From contig CAWBPO010000003.1 of the NCBI GenBank assembly GCA_963790795.1, positions 50,855-114,854 of the forward strand: a stretch of DNA of 64,000 bases, written 5' to 3'. Source of the DNA: an uncultured bacterium (GTDB lineage: Bacteria > Patescibacteriota > Minisyncoccia > Minisyncoccales > RBG-13-42-11). This document shows, piece by piece, positions 43,616 to 54,515 of the stretch. The translations under genes and the position numbers were made by a program. Position 1 is the stretch's first letter. Each line of letters begins with the position of its first letter. The notes under the pieces were generated by a model, which was given only the letters and a program-made list of their open reading frames with translations, did not search any database and had not been told where the DNA came from.

Positions 43616-43801
43616 TTACCAGCTGCTTTTTTTAACTCCTGGTATTAATCCCTGATTGGCCATTTCCCTGAAACATATTCTGCATAAGCCGAACTTTCTC
43701 ATGAATGCCCTTTTCCTGCCGCACCTGAAACAGCGCCTGACTACTCGACTTTTATACTTTGGCTTTTTCTTTGATTTTTCTATTTGTGATTTTGTGGCCA
43801 T
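43616..43801 (-). CDS. rpsN: ribosomal protein S14 (61-aa zinc-type form)
   Basis: [24 protein letters not shown]. Confidence 0.95.
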   Translation of the reverse strand: MATKSQIEKSKKKPKYKSRVVRRCFRCGRKRAFMRKFGLCRICFREMANQGLIPGVKKSSW

Positions 43802-43806
43802 ATTTT

Positions 43807-44364
43807 CTATTTTTTAATGGGAAATCCCAGCAATTTAAACAATTCCAATCCTTCCTCTTTTGATTTGGCATTGGTGGCAATGCTAATTTCCAGGCCGAAA
43901 ATATTCCTGGCTTTCTCCGGCAGAATCTCAGGAAAAGCAATGTGCTCTTTAATGGGAAATGTCAGATTGCCCTGCCTGTCAATTGATTCTTGGGTAATTC
44001 CTCTGAAATCCCTTGTCCTGGGCAGAACAATATGAATAATCCTTTCCAAAAAATCTGCCATTCTTTTGCCTCTTAAAGTGACTTTAGCGCCAATGGCCAT
44101 GCCTTGGCGGGTTTTAAAGCTGGCAATAGCTTTCTTGGCATGTGTTTTTACCGCTCTCTGGCCGCAAATCAAAGTAAGGTCTTCTGCGATAAAATCAGCT
44201 GTCTTTTTCTGCTCGTCATTTGTTTTGCCGGCCACCTGCTTTCCATAGCCGGTATTAACGACCACCTTCTCAATTTTAGGCACGGCCATGACGCTCTTGT
44301 AACCGAACTTCTCCATCATTTTGGGAATTGCTTCTTTTTTGTATTTTTCAATTATATGCATCAT
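43807..44364 (-). CDS. rplE: ribosomal protein L5
   Basis: [36 protein letters not shown]. Confidence 0.95.
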   Translation of the reverse strand: MMHIIEKYKKEAIPKMMEKFGYKSVMAVPKIEKVVVNTGYGKQVAGKTNDEQKKTADFIAEDLTLICGQRAVKTHAKKAIASFKTRQGMAIGAKVTLRGKRMADFLERIIHIVLPRTRDFRGITQESIDRQGNLTFPIKEHIAFPEILPEKARNIFGLEISIATNAKSKEEGLELFKLLGFPIKK

Positions 44365-44377
44365 AAATGTAAAAGCT

Positions 44378-44698
44378 TTAAGTTTCCTGGCCGCACTTCT
44401 TGCACACTCTAACTTTTGATTTTTCGCCTTTGGCGTTTGTTATCAATTTGTATCCTGTTCTTGTCGGCCTGCCGCACTTTAAACAAATCAATTTTACATT
44501 GGAAACAGAAATGGCGCCAGGCAAAGTAATAATCTGCCCTTTTTCTCCGGAGCTTTTCGGCCTCTTGTGCTTTTTTCTCAAATTAACGCCTTCTATCATC
44601 AGTCTGTTTTTTGAAGGGAAAACCTGCAAAACTTTTCCTTTTTTGCCCCGATCTTTGCCGGAAATCACTAAAATTGTATCGCCTTTTTTTAATTTCAT
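44378..44698 (-). CDS. rplX: ribosomal protein L24 (with 4-Cys ribbon segment)
   Basis: KLKKGDTILVISGKDRGKKGKV (KOW domain), CLKCG...CKKCG. Confidence 0.9.
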   Translation of the reverse strand: MKLKKGDTILVISGKDRGKKGKVLQVFPSKNRLMIEGVNLRKKHKRPKSSGEKGQIITLPGAISVSNVKLICLKCGRPTRTGYKLITNAKGEKSKVRVCKKCGQET

Positions 44699-44759
44699 AT
44701 AACAAGTTTTTTAGAATAAAAAATGAAGTTGGAAATGAAAAATTTATTTTTCATTGACT

Positions 44760-45131
44760 TTAAATTATTTCAGTCGCCAAACTGGCTATTTTTTCAAAAC
44801 CTTTTTCTCTGATTTCTCTTGGAATGGGACCGATAATTCTTCCGCCTTTGGGCTCTTTGGTCTTGCCTTCCAGAATGACAGCAGCATTTTCATCAAACTT
44901 AATATATGTGCCGTCAGCTCTGCGGAAATTCTTCCTTTGGCGGACTATCACTGCCCTGACAATCTCGTGCTTCTTGACTATCCTTCTCGGTTCAGCTTCC
45001 TTGACTGAAGCGACAACAATATCGCCTATTTGGGCATAGCGCCTTTTTGTACCGCCTAAAATATTGAAGCACTGGATAATCTTTGCTCCGGTATTGTCAA
45101 TAACTTTTAAGTTTGTTCTTGTTTGAATCAT
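44760..45131 (-). CDS. rplN: ribosomal protein L14
   Basis: [17 protein letters not shown]. Confidence 0.95.
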   Translation of the reverse strand: MIQTRTNLKVIDNTGAKIIQCFNILGGTKRRYAQIGDIVVASVKEAEPRRIVKKHEIVRAVIVRQRKNFRRADGTYIKFDENAAVILEGKTKEPKGGRIIGPIPREIREKGFEKIASLATEII

Positions 45132-45136
45132 ATTTC

Positions 45137-45373
45137 TTATGCCAATTTTTTAACAACTTTCCATCTCTTGTCTTTGGAAAGCGGCCTGCATTCCTCAATA
45201 ACCACCCTGTCTCCTGGCTTGTATTCTCCTTCTTCAACGTGGACTTTGTAATTCTTGTGGACCTTGAACCTTCTTTTGTATTTTGGGTGCTCTTTCAACC
45301 GTTCAACCCTAACAACAACTGTTTTTTGCATTTTATTTGAAATAATATTTCCGGTTAATTTTTTCTTTGGCAT
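45137..45373 (-). CDS. rpsQ: ribosomal protein S17
   Basis: [29 protein letters not shown]. Confidence 0.95.
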   Translation of the reverse strand: MPKKKLTGNIISNKMQKTVVVRVERLKEHPKYKRRFKVHKNYKVHVEEGEYKPGDRVVIEECRPLSKDKRWKVVKKLA

Positions 45374-45375
45374 AG

Positions 45376-45558
45376 TTATTGGACTAAAATGGTTAATATT
45401 TGGGAAATTTCTTTTTTAATTCTGCGGATTTCCCTGACGTTTTTTACTTTTCCGGCAGCCAAATCAAACCTAAGCTGCCTTGTCTTCTCCCTGTTGTCTT
45501 TTAAAATCTTTTTAAGCTCTTCTTTTGGTTTTTTGCGCAATTCGTCAATCCTCTTCAT
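45376..45558 (-). CDS. rpmC: ribosomal protein L29
   Basis: 60 aa, ELKKILKDNREKTRQLRFDLAAGKVKN. Lies between rplP and rpsQ. Confidence 0.9.
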   Translation of the reverse strand: MKRIDELRKKPKEELKKILKDNREKTRQLRFDLAAGKVKNVREIRRIKKEISQILTILVQ

Positions 45559-45561
45559 AAT

Positions 45562-45972
45562 TTATCTTTTTATCAATTTTGTTTTTACCGGCAGTTTGTC
45601 CGTTGCTTTTCCGAAAGCTTCTTTGACAATTTCTTCTTTCAGACCATCCAGTTCAAAAATAATCCTGCCTGGCTTTACGGGAAAAGCATAATGGTCTACA
45701 CTTCCTTTGCCTCCGCCCATGGGAACTTCCGTTCCTTTTTTGGTTATTGGTTTGTCAGGGAAAATTCTTATCCAAAGCTTCCCTCCTTTTTTAAGATATC
45801 TGAGAATGGCTCTCCTAGCTGCTTCTATCTGTCTGGCAGAAATCCAGCGGGTTTGCAAAGAAACCAATCCGAAAGAACCGAAAGACAGTTTGTTTCCCCG
45901 GGTTTCCACTCCTTTTGAGCGTCCTCTTCGCCACTTTCTGTGTTTGACTTTTTTGGGCATTAATATGGACAT
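45562..45972 (-). CDS. rplP: ribosomal protein L16
   Basis: [35 protein letters not shown]. Confidence 0.95.
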   Translation of the reverse strand: MSILMPKKVKHRKWRRGRSKGVETRGNKLSFGSFGLVSLQTRWISARQIEAARRAILRYLKKGGKLWIRIFPDKPITKKGTEVPMGGGKGSVDHYAFPVKPGRIIFELDGLKEEIVKEAFGKATDKLPVKTKLIKR

Positions 45973-45977
45973 GGTCT

Positions 45978-46625
45978 TTAATCGAATTTATCCCCTTTAT
46001 ATATCCAAACCTTTATACCTATTGTTCCGTAAGTACAGAAAGCTTGGTCTTGAATAAAATCAATGTCAGCTCTTATTGTCTGGCGCGGCAGCCTGCCTTT
46101 TTGCAGCCATTCCCTTCTGGCGATTTCTGCGCCGTTCAGTCTTCCGCGCATCTCAATCCTGGCTCCCTTAACCTGTTTTGATGTAGAAATCTTTTCCAAG
46201 GTCTGCTTCAAAACCTTTCTGAAAGGAACTCTTTTTTCAATCTGCTGGGCAATATATTGGGCAGACAAGGCTGCTGAAGACCAAATATCTTTGACTTCCC
46301 GTATTTCAATTCTGACCTCTTTCTTGGTTTTATTGTTTTTCAATGTTTTCATTTCCAATCCCTTTTTCAATTCTTCAATGCCGCTGCCTCCCCGGCCGAT
46401 AATCAATCCTGGCCTGGCGCTGGAAATAATAATACTCAATTTACCGGGAAATCTTTCAATCTCAACCTTTTCTACTCCCAGCTTGCCGATTTTCTCTTTA
46501 AGATATTCTCTAATTTTAAAATCCTCCTCCAAATATTTGGGGTAATTCTTTTCGTCGAACCAGCGGGAATTCCAGTCTGCAAGATTTTTTAACCTGAATG
46601 ATTTTGGATGAACTTTGTGCGCCAT
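45978..46625 (-). CDS. rpsC: ribosomal protein S3
   Basis: [14 protein letters not shown] domain [12 protein letters not shown]. Confidence 0.95.
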   Translation of the reverse strand: MAHKVHPKSFRLKNLADWNSRWFDEKNYPKYLEEDFKIREYLKEKIGKLGVEKVEIERFPGKLSIIISSARPGLIIGRGGSGIEELKKGLEMKTLKNNKTKKEVRIEIREVKDIWSSAALSAQYIAQQIEKRVPFRKVLKQTLEKISTSKQVKGARIEMRGRLNGAEIARREWLQKGRLPRQTIRADIDFIQDQAFCTYGTIGIKVWIYKGDKFD

Positions 46626-46661
46626 ATAATTTAACCGCTACGCAGAAATTGCTACGCAATT

Positions 46662-47195
46662 TTAAAATGCTTTTCTTCTGAAAATACGACTTAATCCTTT
46701 TTGGACCTTTGGTTTCTTTTCTTCAAATTTCGGATTAAATTTGGCCCTGTCCGGAAAAGCTTTTTCTGTTTTCAATGGTTTTTTCTCCACTTTTTCTGTT
46801 TCTGGAAGTTTTTTATCAGACAGCTTTTCAATTTTTGCCTTTTTTGTTTTTTTCTTGGTTTTAACTTTTTCGTCGAGAACAAGGATAATATGAGAGCTTT
46901 TTTTCTGAATCTCATAAGCCTGTCCTTTGGCTCTGGCCCTCCATCTTTTTAATTTCGGACCCTCATCCACCATAATTCTGGAAACATATAAATTGTCAGG
47001 TTCTAATTGAAAAGTGTTCTGGGCGCTGGCAACAGCTTGTTTTAAAAGTTTTGTCAAAGGTGCTGTTGATTTTTTAACGGCAAAATTAAGCAAGGTTTCA
47101 GCTTCTTTCACTGACTTTCCCCTTATTAAATCCGCTATTAAACGGACCTTTCTGGGAGCTATTCTTAAATAATTTAATCTTGCTGTAACTGGCAT
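46662..47195 (-). CDS. rplV: ribosomal protein L22 with about 65-aa Lys-rich C-terminal extension
   Basis: YLRIAPRKVRLIADLIRGKSV. Tail is KVKTKKKTKKAKIEKLSDKK.... Confidence 0.9.
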   Translation of the reverse strand: MPVTARLNYLRIAPRKVRLIADLIRGKSVKEAETLLNFAVKKSTAPLTKLLKQAVASAQNTFQLEPDNLYVSRIMVDEGPKLKRWRARAKGQAYEIQKKSSHIILVLDEKVKTKKKTKKAKIEKLSDKKLPETEKVEKKPLKTEKAFPDRAKFNPKFEEKKPKVQKGLSRIFRRKAF

Positions 47196-47203
47196 AGTTT
47201 TTT

Positions 47204-47518
47204 CTATTTCTCAGGCGCCCCGGCTTCTTTTTCTGAGGCTTTGGATTCCAATTCTCTTTGCATTCTTCCTCCGTGTCTGCCGAATTTGGTGGTCGGAGAA
47301 AATTCGCCGAGCTTGTGGCCAACCATATTTTCTGCCGCTTTCACCGTAATAAAATCTTTTCCGTTGTGGACGCCAAAAGTAAAGCCGATCATTTCAGGCG
47401 TGATTGTTGACCTTCTTGACCAGGTTTTAATGATTTCTTTCCCGTCCGCCTTCAAATTCTTTATCTTTTTCAATAACTTTTCGTCCACAAAAGGACCTTT
47501 TTTAATTGATCTTGGCAT
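47204..47518 (-). CDS. rpsS: ribosomal protein S19
   Basis: [39 protein letters not shown]. Confidence 0.95.
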   Translation of the reverse strand: MPRSIKKGPFVDEKLLKKIKNLKADGKEIIKTWSRRSTITPEMIGFTFGVHNGKDFITVKAAENMVGHKLGEFSPTTKFGRHGGRMQRELESKASEKEAGAPEK

Positions 47519-47519
47519 G

Positions 47520-48299
47520 TTATTTCTTCTTGTGTTTTCTCCTTTGAATAATTAATTTGTTTGTCCATTTCTTTTTTCTTGTTTTAACTCCCAATGCCGG
47601 CTTGCCCCAAGGAGTTTTCGGGTGCTTCAATCCGATTGGAGACCTTCCTTCTCCTCCGCCATGAGGATGGTCACACGGATTCATGGCTGTTCCTCTGACT
47701 GCCGGCCTTATACCTTTGTGCCTTGTTCTTCCTGCTTTTCCCACTTTGATAAACTTGTGCTCAGGAAAAGAAACCTGACCTATTGAAGCAAAACATTCAG
47801 CTAAAATCTTTCTTGTTTCGGAAGATGGAAAAATCAAATGAGTATATCTTCCTTCCTGGGCGACAATTCTTGCTGAAGTTCCTGCTCCTTTTACCAGTTT
47901 TCCGCCCCTGCCAGGCTCCATTTCAACGTTATAGACCTGAGTGCCAACAGGAATGTTCTTCAACTTCATTCTGTTCCCTATTTTTATCTCTGCTTTTTCG
48001 GAACAAATTAGATTGTCTCCAACTTTCAATCCATGAGAACATATCACATATCTTTTTTCTCCATTTTCATACTGCAAAAGGCATATGAAAGAAGTTCTGT
48101 TTGGGTCGTATTCAATGGCTAAAACCTTAGCTGGCATATCCAACCTCTCTTGGCCAAAATCAACAATTCTGTAAAGACGCTTAACGCCACCGCCCTTGTG
48201 CCTGACAGTAATTCGGCCTCGGCAATCACGGCCTGCCCTTCTTTTCAAGGATAAAAGCAATTTCTTTTCCGGTTCCTTTTTGGATAATATTTTTTCCAT
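47520..48299 (-). CDS. rplB: ribosomal protein L2 (N-terminus about 20 aa shorter than usual)
   Basis: [37 protein letters not shown]. An in-frame TGA lies 12 codons upstream of the ATG. Confidence 0.9.
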   Translation of the reverse strand: MEKILSKKEPEKKLLLSLKRRAGRDCRGRITVRHKGGGVKRLYRIVDFGQERLDMPAKVLAIEYDPNRTSFICLLQYENGEKRYVICSHGLKVGDNLICSEKAEIKIGNRMKLKNIPVGTQVYNVEMEPGRGGKLVKGAGTSARIVAQEGRYTHLIFPSSETRKILAECFASIGQVSFPEHKFIKVGKAGRTRHKGIRPAVRGTAMNPCDHPHGGGEGRSPIGLKHPKTPWGKPALGVKTRKKKWTNKLIIQRRKHKKK

Positions 48300-48316
48300 A
48301 AAAATTGGTATCGCGG

Positions 48317-48751
48317 TTATCTTAGGAGGACTTCAATTTTCTGTCCCTCTTTTATTTTGGCAATCGCTTTTTTATAACCAGGCCTTATACCTTTAGTCTT
48401 GCCCAACCTTCTTTCTTTGGAAGGCATATTAATAATCTTAACTGAAACAACGTCAACTCCGTAAGCGTCTTCTATCGCTTTTTTCACTTCTGTTTTGTTG
48501 GCCCTTGGAAAAACCCTGAAAGCATACTGATTCTTTTCTGTAAAATCAGAGGCTTTTTCAGAAACGTGCGGGGTTTTCAAAATCCGATAAGCCTCTCCTA
48601 TTTTTATCGCTTTTCTGATTTTTGGACCTTCTTCTTTGACTGCTTTCTTTCCAGACTTAACTTCTTTAACTTTTTTCAATTTTTCTTTCTTTTCTGCCTT
48701 AACTGGAACAGCAGCTTTCTTTTTCTTTTTAAAAATGTCGAAAACAGCCAT
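48317..48751 (-). CDS. rplW: ribosomal protein L23 with Lys-rich N-terminal extension
   Basis: ILKTPHVSEKA, FRVFPRANKTEVKKAIE. Confidence 0.9.
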   Translation of the reverse strand: MAVFDIFKKKKKAAVPVKAEKKEKLKKVKEVKSGKKAVKEEGPKIRKAIKIGEAYRILKTPHVSEKASDFTEKNQYAFRVFPRANKTEVKKAIEDAYGVDVVSVKIINMPSKERRLGKTKGIRPGYKKAIAKIKEGQKIEVLLR

Positions 48752-48755
48752 ATGA

Positions 48756-49385
48756 TTATTTCAAAAAAGTTTCTTTTATTAATTTAATCGCTTCTTTCGG
48801 CATAATTAAGTATTTCAAAGAAAGTAAATCCAGGGCGTTCAAATCCTTGGCCTGGATAGTTTTAATATTGGGAATGTTCCTACTGGCTGTAATCAAACTT
48901 TTGTCCATTTTAGGAAGAACGATTAAAGCGCTCTGCTCTTTTGAAGGAAGCTTTTTCAAGATTGCAACCATTAATTTTGTTTTTGGCTTTTCTACTTTCA
49001 AATCTTCCAAAACAACCAGCATATTATTCTTTACTTTGCCCGATAGAACCATGAACAGGACTTGCCTTTTCATTTTCTTGTTTATCTTTTTTTTGAAAAC
49101 TCTGTCTTTTCTCGGACCGAAAGTTATGCCGCCTCCCCGCCATATAGGAGAACGACGAGAACCGTGCCTGGCGCGGCCTGTTCCTTTCTGTCGCCAGGGC
49201 TTTCTTCCTCCTCCCCTGACTTCTCCCCTGGTTTTGGTATTGGCTAAAACCTGCCTGCGGTTTGCCATTTGAGAGATAACAACCTGGTGAACCAGATTGG
49301 GATTTATCTTTACCTCAAAAATCTCCTTTGGCAACAAAGTATTTCCAACTTCTTTTCCTTCTTGATTGTAAACATTTATCTTCAT
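48756..49385 (-). CDS. rplD: ribosomal protein L4
   Basis: TKTRGEVRGGGRKPWRQKGTGRARHGS. Start trimmed to MKINVYN, next to the rplC stop. Confidence 0.95.
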   Translation of the reverse strand: MKINVYNQEGKEVGNTLLPKEIFEVKINPNLVHQVVISQMANRRQVLANTKTRGEVRGGGRKPWRQKGTGRARHGSRRSPIWRGGGITFGPRKDRVFKKKINKKMKRQVLFMVLSGKVKNNMLVVLEDLKVEKPKTKLMVAILKKLPSKEQSALIVLPKMDKSLITASRNIPNIKTIQAKDLNALDLLSLKYLIMPKEAIKLIKETFLK

Positions 49386-49386
49386 A

Positions 49387-49977
49387 TTATCCTTTAATTT
49401 CCAATAATCCCCCTGATATTCCGGCAACAGCTCCTCTTATCGCCAACAAATTATTTTCTTCATCAACCTTAACAACTTTTAAATTCTTAATCGTTGTCCT
49501 TTCTCCGCCTGTTCGGCCTGGCATCTTTCTGCCTTTTATCACTCTTTCCGGAAAAGAAGTTCCGGTAGAGCCCAAAGTTCGTTGCTCGTGCTTTGTGCCG
49601 TGCGTAGCCGGACGCCCGGAAAACCCCCATCTTTTCACTCCTCCCTGAAAACCTTTCCCTTTTGAAGTGCCGGAAATCTTTACCTTATCCCCTTCCTGAA
49701 AAACAGCAACATTTATTTCATCTCCTTGTTTCATATCGCACTTTTCATCAATCCTGAACTCTTTCAAATACTTGAATTCTTTGCCTTTTTCCGATTTTTT
49801 GGCTTTCTTTTCTTTTTTGACAAAGCCGATCTGAACGGCCAGGTAATCGTCTTTCTCTTTTGTCTTGATTTGGGTAACAAAACATGGACCGGCCTCAATA
49901 ATGGTTACCGGGATAACGTTTCCTTTTTCGTCAAAAATCTGCGACATTCCCAGTTTTTTACCTAAAATAAATTTCAT
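49387..49977 (-). CDS. rplC: ribosomal protein L3
   Basis: GKKLGMSQIFDEKGNVIPVTIIEAGPC, GKGFQGGVKRWGF. Confidence 0.95.
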   Translation of the reverse strand: MKFILGKKLGMSQIFDEKGNVIPVTIIEAGPCFVTQIKTKEKDDYLAVQIGFVKKEKKAKKSEKGKEFKYLKEFRIDEKCDMKQGDEINVAVFQEGDKVKISGTSKGKGFQGGVKRWGFSGRPATHGTKHEQRTLGSTGTSFPERVIKGRKMPGRTGGERTTIKNLKVVKVDEENNLLAIRGAVAGISGGLLEIKG

Positions 49978-49996
49978 AGCGATTCTCAAACAAAAT

Positions 49997-50015
49997 ACGG
50001 GGATGCTAACCCCGC
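49997..50015 (-). promoter_or_regulatory. terminator/attenuator-like hairpin in the 146-nt rpsJ-rplC spacer
   Basis: Minus strand GCGGGG-TTAGCAT-CCCCGT followed by ATTTTGTTT, about 20 nt upstream of the rplC start. Confidence 0.4.
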
Positions 50016-50135
50016 ATTCATTTCAAGTGGGTTAGTTTTTAATTTATTACTTCATGAAGTTTTCGAAATAATTATTCTGTTCATAATAGCACTAAAATAA
50101 GAATTCGTAAATCCTTAATCCTTTCCGATTGAGTT

Positions 50136-50477
50136 TTACATTTTTATCTCAATGTCAACGCCAGCCGGCAAATTCAGGTTCATTAAAGCGTCAATCACTT
50201 TCTGGCTCGGATTTAATATGTCAATCAGTCTTTTGTGAACCCTCATCTCAAATTGCTCTCTTGCATCCTTGTGAACGAAAGAAGACCTGTTCACTGTTTG
50301 CTTGTGAATTTCCGTAGGCAAAGGAACAGGACCCAATGTTTGGACACCGTAACGCAAAGCCACCTCGATAATCTGACGGGCAGAAGTATCAATCACCTTA
50401 TGGTCAAAAGCTCTCAACTTTATCCTGATTTTGGATTTGACTTCTTCTTCAACTGCAATTGTCTTCTTTTTTGGCAT
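50136..50477 (-). CDS. rpsJ: ribosomal protein S10
   Basis: [38 protein letters not shown]. Confidence 0.95.
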   Translation of the reverse strand: MPKKKTIAVEEEVKSKIRIKLRAFDHKVIDTSARQIIEVALRYGVQTLGPVPLPTEIHKQTVNRSSFVHKDAREQFEMRVHKRLIDILNPSQKVIDALMNLNLPAGVDIEIKM

Positions 50478-50517
50478 CTTAAAAGAACCTTAACTTAAAA
50501 CTTTTTGTCAAATAATT

Positions 50518-51717
50518 TTATTTTATGATTTTCGTTACCACTCCAGCTCCCACCGTTCTGCCGCCTTCTCTGATGGCGAATCTTTGCTTCTCTTCCATGG
50601 CAATCGGAGTCAATAATTTTACTTTCAAATTAACAGTATCTCCGGGCATTACCATTTCAGTGCCTTCCGATAAAGTCACTTCTCCTGTGACATCAGTGGT
50701 CTTAAAATAAAGCTGGGGTTTGTATCCGGTAAAGAAAGGAGTGTGGCGTCCGCCTTCTTCTTTTGTCAAAACATAAACTTCCCCTTCAAATTCAGTATGG
50801 GGGGTTATGGAACCGGGCTTGGCTAAAACCTGTCCTCTTTCAACGTCTTCTTTCTTCAATCCTCTGAGCAATATGCCGACATTGTCTCCAGCTCTTCCTT
50901 CATCTAAAATCTTGTTGAACATTTCCACGCTGACAGCAATTGTTTTGGCAGTCGGCTTTATTCCAACCAGCTCCACTTCCTCGTTAGAATGGACAATACC
51001 TCTTTCAATACGTCCTGTGGCAACTGTTCCTCTGCCAGCAATGGAGAAAACGTCTTCAATGGCCATTAAGAAAGGTTTGTCCACTTCTCTGGTCGGTTCT
51101 AAAATATGCTCATCTATTGCTTTGACCAATTCTACAATTGGTTTTGTTGCTTCGTCATCAATGGAATTGGCTGATAAAGCTTTTAAGGCTGACCCTTTGA
51201 TTATGGGAGTGGTATCTCCGGGATAACCGTATTTCTTTAAAAGCTCTCTTAATTCCGATTCAACCAAAGTAATGATTTCCGGATCGTCAACTGCATCGCA
51301 TTTGTTCAAGAATACGACCATTGCCGGCAAACCGACCTGCCTGGCCAAAAGAATGTGCTCCCTTGTCTGAGGCATGGGCCCGTCAGGGGCTGAAACAACC
51401 AAAACTGCTCCATCCATTTGTGCAGCTCCAGTAATCATGTTTTTAATGTAGTCAGCATGTCCCGGGCAATCAATCCAGGCATAGTGCCTTTTGTTTGATT
51501 CAAACTCAACGTGGGTAACGTTGATGGTCAGGCCGCGAGCTTTTTCCTCGGGTGCTGAGTCAATTTGGTCTACGGATTTTTCCGTAGCTTTCATCCCCGC
51601 CAATTTCTGAACTTTAAGAATGGCGGCGGTTAAAGTGGTTTTACCATGGTCAACGTGGCCAATGGAACCAATGTTAAGATGGGGTTTTTCCCTTGAAAAT
51701 TTTTCTTTTTCTGCCAT
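50518..51717 (-). CDS. tuf: elongation factor Tu
   Basis: [25 protein letters not shown]. Confidence 0.97.
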   Translation of the reverse strand: MAEKEKFSREKPHLNIGSIGHVDHGKTTLTAAILKVQKLAGMKATEKSVDQIDSAPEEKARGLTINVTHVEFESNKRHYAWIDCPGHADYIKNMITGAAQMDGAVLVVSAPDGPMPQTREHILLARQVGLPAMVVFLNKCDAVDDPEIITLVESELRELLKKYGYPGDTTPIIKGSALKALSANSIDDEATKPIVELVKAIDEHILEPTREVDKPFLMAIEDVFSIAGRGTVATGRIERGIVHSNEEVELVGIKPTAKTIAVSVEMFNKILDEGRAGDNVGILLRGLKKEDVERGQVLAKPGSITPHTEFEGEVYVLTKEEGGRHTPFFTGYKPQLYFKTTDVTGEVTLSEGTEMVMPGDTVNLKVKLLTPIAMEEKQRFAIREGGRTVGAGVVTKIIK

Positions 51718-51809
51718 ATGTTTTTATATATTAATTATTAATTATGTAATTTTGAACCTTTAAATAATATATATATTTTAGTAGACTTTTAAGATTTGTC
51801 AATTGTGGA

Positions 51810-53915
51810 TTACCTTCTTTTACCTTCAATGATTTCTTGAGCAATGTTCGCAGGAACTTCATCGTAATGGTCAAATTCCATAGTAAATGTTCCTCTGCCT
51901 TCAGTCAAGCTGCGAAGAGCTGTGGCGTATCCGAACATTTCAGACAAAGGTACTTTAGCATCAATTACTTTCATTTGCAATCTGTCTTTTGTTTCTTCAA
52001 TTTTGCCTCGTCTGGCTGACAAATCGCCGATAACATCGCCGAAAAAGTCAGAAGGAACAATCACTTCCAGTTTCATAATCGGCTCAAGCAATATGGGCTT
52101 TGCTTTTTTAGCTGCTGCCTGGAAAGCCATGGAACCGGCAATCTTAAAAGCCATTTCTGATGAATCAACTTCATGGAAAGAACCGTCAAAAAGCGTGGCA
52201 GACAAATCAACAATCGGATAGCCGGCAACCACTCCTTTGTCCGCTGCTTCAATTATTCCTTTTTCAACAGCTGGAATAAACTCTCTGGGGATAGTTCCGC
52301 CTTTTATCTCGTTAATGAAATCAAATCCCTCTCCTCTCTCTTTCGGTTCTACTCTCAAAAAAACATGGCCGTACTGACCCCTGCCACCTGACTGTCTGAT
52401 ATATTTGCCTTCTGCTTCAGCTTCTTGCTTAATGGTTTCTTTATAAGCAACCTGCGGCCTGCCAATATTCGCTTCCACTTTGAACTCTCTTTTCAATCTG
52501 TCTGTAATAATTTCCAAGTGCAGTTCTCCCATACCGGAAATAATCGTTTCGCTGGTTTCCAAATCTCCCTTGACTCTGAAAGTCGGGTCCTCATCCATTA
52601 ATCTCTTCAAAGCAGTGCCCATTTTTTCCTGGTCAGCTTTTGTTTTCGGCTCAATTCTGATTGAAATGACAGGCTCCGGGAAAACGATTTTCTCAAGAAC
52701 AATAGGACTGTTCTCATCGCAAAGCGTGTGGCCGGTAGAAGTGTTTTTTAGGCCTACGGTAGCGGCAATGTCTCCGGCAAAAACTTCTTCCACTTCTTCC
52801 CTTTCATTGGCATGCATTCTCAAAATTCTGCCGATTCTTTCCCTTTCGCCGGTTGTCGTATTTAAAACGTAAGAGCCGCGCTTTAATAAACCGGAATAAG
52901 CCCTGAAAAATGTCAGGGTGCCCACATAAGGATCTGTAGCAATTTTAAAAGCCAGAGCGCAAAAAGGCTTGGCATCTGAAGCTTGTCTTTCAATGATTTC
53001 ACCGCTTTTTGGGTCTGTTCCTGTTACAGGAGGAAGCTCAGTCGGATTTGGCAAATATTCAACAATCCCATCCAACATGAGCTGTACTCCTTTGTTTTTC
53101 AGAGCTGAACCGCAAAAAACAGGGATAAGCTTGTAAGCGATGGTCGCTTTTCTCAAAGTTTTTTTTAATTCTTCAAGGGAAATTTCCTGCTTGGCTAAGT
53201 ACTTGTCCAAAAGAGATTCGTCTTCAGCAGCAATTTTTTCCATTAATTTTTCCCTCCACTCTTTTGCTTTTTCCAGCAAGTTTCCTGGTATTTCTTCTTT
53301 TTTAACGTTCTGGCCGAAATCTCCTTCAAACTTCAAAGCTTTCATTTCCAACAAATCAATTACGCCCTCAAATCTCTCTTCTTCGCCAATAGGCAATTGA
53401 AGGGCGACAGCCAAAGGAGAAAGCTTTTGCAAAATGGAGTCAAAGCTTTTTTCAAAAGAAGCTCCCATCCTGTCCAGTTTGTTTATAAAACAAATCCTGG
53501 AAACGTGGAACTTATCTGCCTGGCGCCAAACAGTTTCAGACTGGGGCTCCACTCCTGCCACTCCGTCAAAAACAACGACTGCTCCATCCAAAACTCTTAA
53601 AGCCCTCTGAACCTCAACAGTAAAATCAATGTGACCTGGAGTGTCAATAATATTTATCCTGTATTCGTTTTCTTTAGATTTTTCCAAATCAAGAGGCGTC
53701 CAAAAACAAGTAGTGGCAGCGGAAGTAATGGTAATTCCCCTTTCCCTTTCCTGAACCATCCAGTCCATGATAGCTTTACCGTCGTGCACCTCCCCGATTT
53801 TGTGGGAGATGCCCGTGTAAAATAAAACCCGCTCGGTTACGGTTGTTTTCCCAGCGTCAATGTGCGCGATAATCCCTATGTCTCTGTATTTTTCTATTGG
53901 ATAAATCCTAGGCAT
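51810..53915 (-). CDS. fusA: elongation factor G
   Basis: [23 protein letters not shown], 701 aa. Confidence 0.97.
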   Translation of the reverse strand: MPRIYPIEKYRDIGIIAHIDAGKTTVTERVLFYTGISHKIGEVHDGKAIMDWMVQERERGITITSAATTCFWTPLDLEKSKENEYRINIIDTPGHIDFTVEVQRALRVLDGAVVVFDGVAGVEPQSETVWRQADKFHVSRICFINKLDRMGASFEKSFDSILQKLSPLAVALQLPIGEEERFEGVIDLLEMKALKFEGDFGQNVKKEEIPGNLLEKAKEWREKLMEKIAAEDESLLDKYLAKQEISLEELKKTLRKATIAYKLIPVFCGSALKNKGVQLMLDGIVEYLPNPTELPPVTGTDPKSGEIIERQASDAKPFCALAFKIATDPYVGTLTFFRAYSGLLKRGSYVLNTTTGERERIGRILRMHANEREEVEEVFAGDIAATVGLKNTSTGHTLCDENSPIVLEKIVFPEPVISIRIEPKTKADQEKMGTALKRLMDEDPTFRVKGDLETSETIISGMGELHLEIITDRLKREFKVEANIGRPQVAYKETIKQEAEAEGKYIRQSGGRGQYGHVFLRVEPKERGEGFDFINEIKGGTIPREFIPAVEKGIIEAADKGVVAGYPIVDLSATLFDGSFHEVDSSEMAFKIAGSMAFQAAAKKAKPILLEPIMKLEVIVPSDFFGDVIGDLSARRGKIEETKDRLQMKVIDAKVPLSEMFGYATALRSLTEGRGTFTMEFDHYDEVPANIAQEIIEGKRR

Positions 53916-53949
53916 AATTTAATAATTTTCAATGTTATAATTTTTAATT

Positions 53950-53972
53950 CTGTTGAAGTTAGACTTCAACAG
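53950..53972. other. perfect 10-bp hairpin in the rpsG-fusA spacer
   Basis: CTGTTGAAGT TAG ACTTCAACAG. Confidence 0.7.
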
Positions 53973-54044
53973 TCTACGTTTCGGAGTTCAGCGAGGCAAC
54001 AAGTTTTAAAGTAGCTTTCGGATTAAAGCTTATTTGAGCGACCC

Positions 54045-54512
54045 TTACCAGGAAAAATGAGCAAAAGCCCTGTTTGCTTCCGCCATTCTGTGAGTGTCTT
54101 CTCTCTTTTTCACTGCTGCTCCTTCGTTGTTTGAAGCCAGAATTAATTCATCAGCCAGTTTTTCTCTCATCGGTTTGCCTTTTTTTGATTTTGCCGCATT
54201 AATTATCCAGCGCATGGCCAAAGTCACCATTCTGTCTCCTCTCACTTCGCGAGGCACCTGATAAGTTGCTCCGCCGACTCTTTTTGGTTTTATTTCCAGT
54301 AAAGGAGAAACGTTTTTTATCGCCCTTTCAAAAACTTCCAACGGCTCTTTCTTCGTTTTTTCTTTAATAATATCAAAAGTGCCGTAAATGATTTTTTCGG
54401 CTATTGTTTTTTTGCCGTTCCTCATCACTTGGTTGATGAATTTGGCGACAACAACATTATCATAAACGGAATCAGGAACGACAGCTATTCTTTTTTTCTT
54501 CTTTCTAGCCAT
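54045..54512 (-). CDS. rpsG: ribosomal protein S7
   Basis: [24 protein letters not shown]-terminus [10 protein letters not shown]. Confidence 0.95.
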   Translation of the reverse strand: MARKKKKRIAVVPDSVYDNVVVAKFINQVMRNGKKTIAEKIIYGTFDIIKEKTKKEPLEVFERAIKNVSPLLEIKPKRVGGATYQVPREVRGDRMVTLAMRWIINAAKSKKGKPMREKLADELILASNNEGAAVKKREDTHRMAEANRAFAHFSW

Positions 54513-54515
54513 ATA

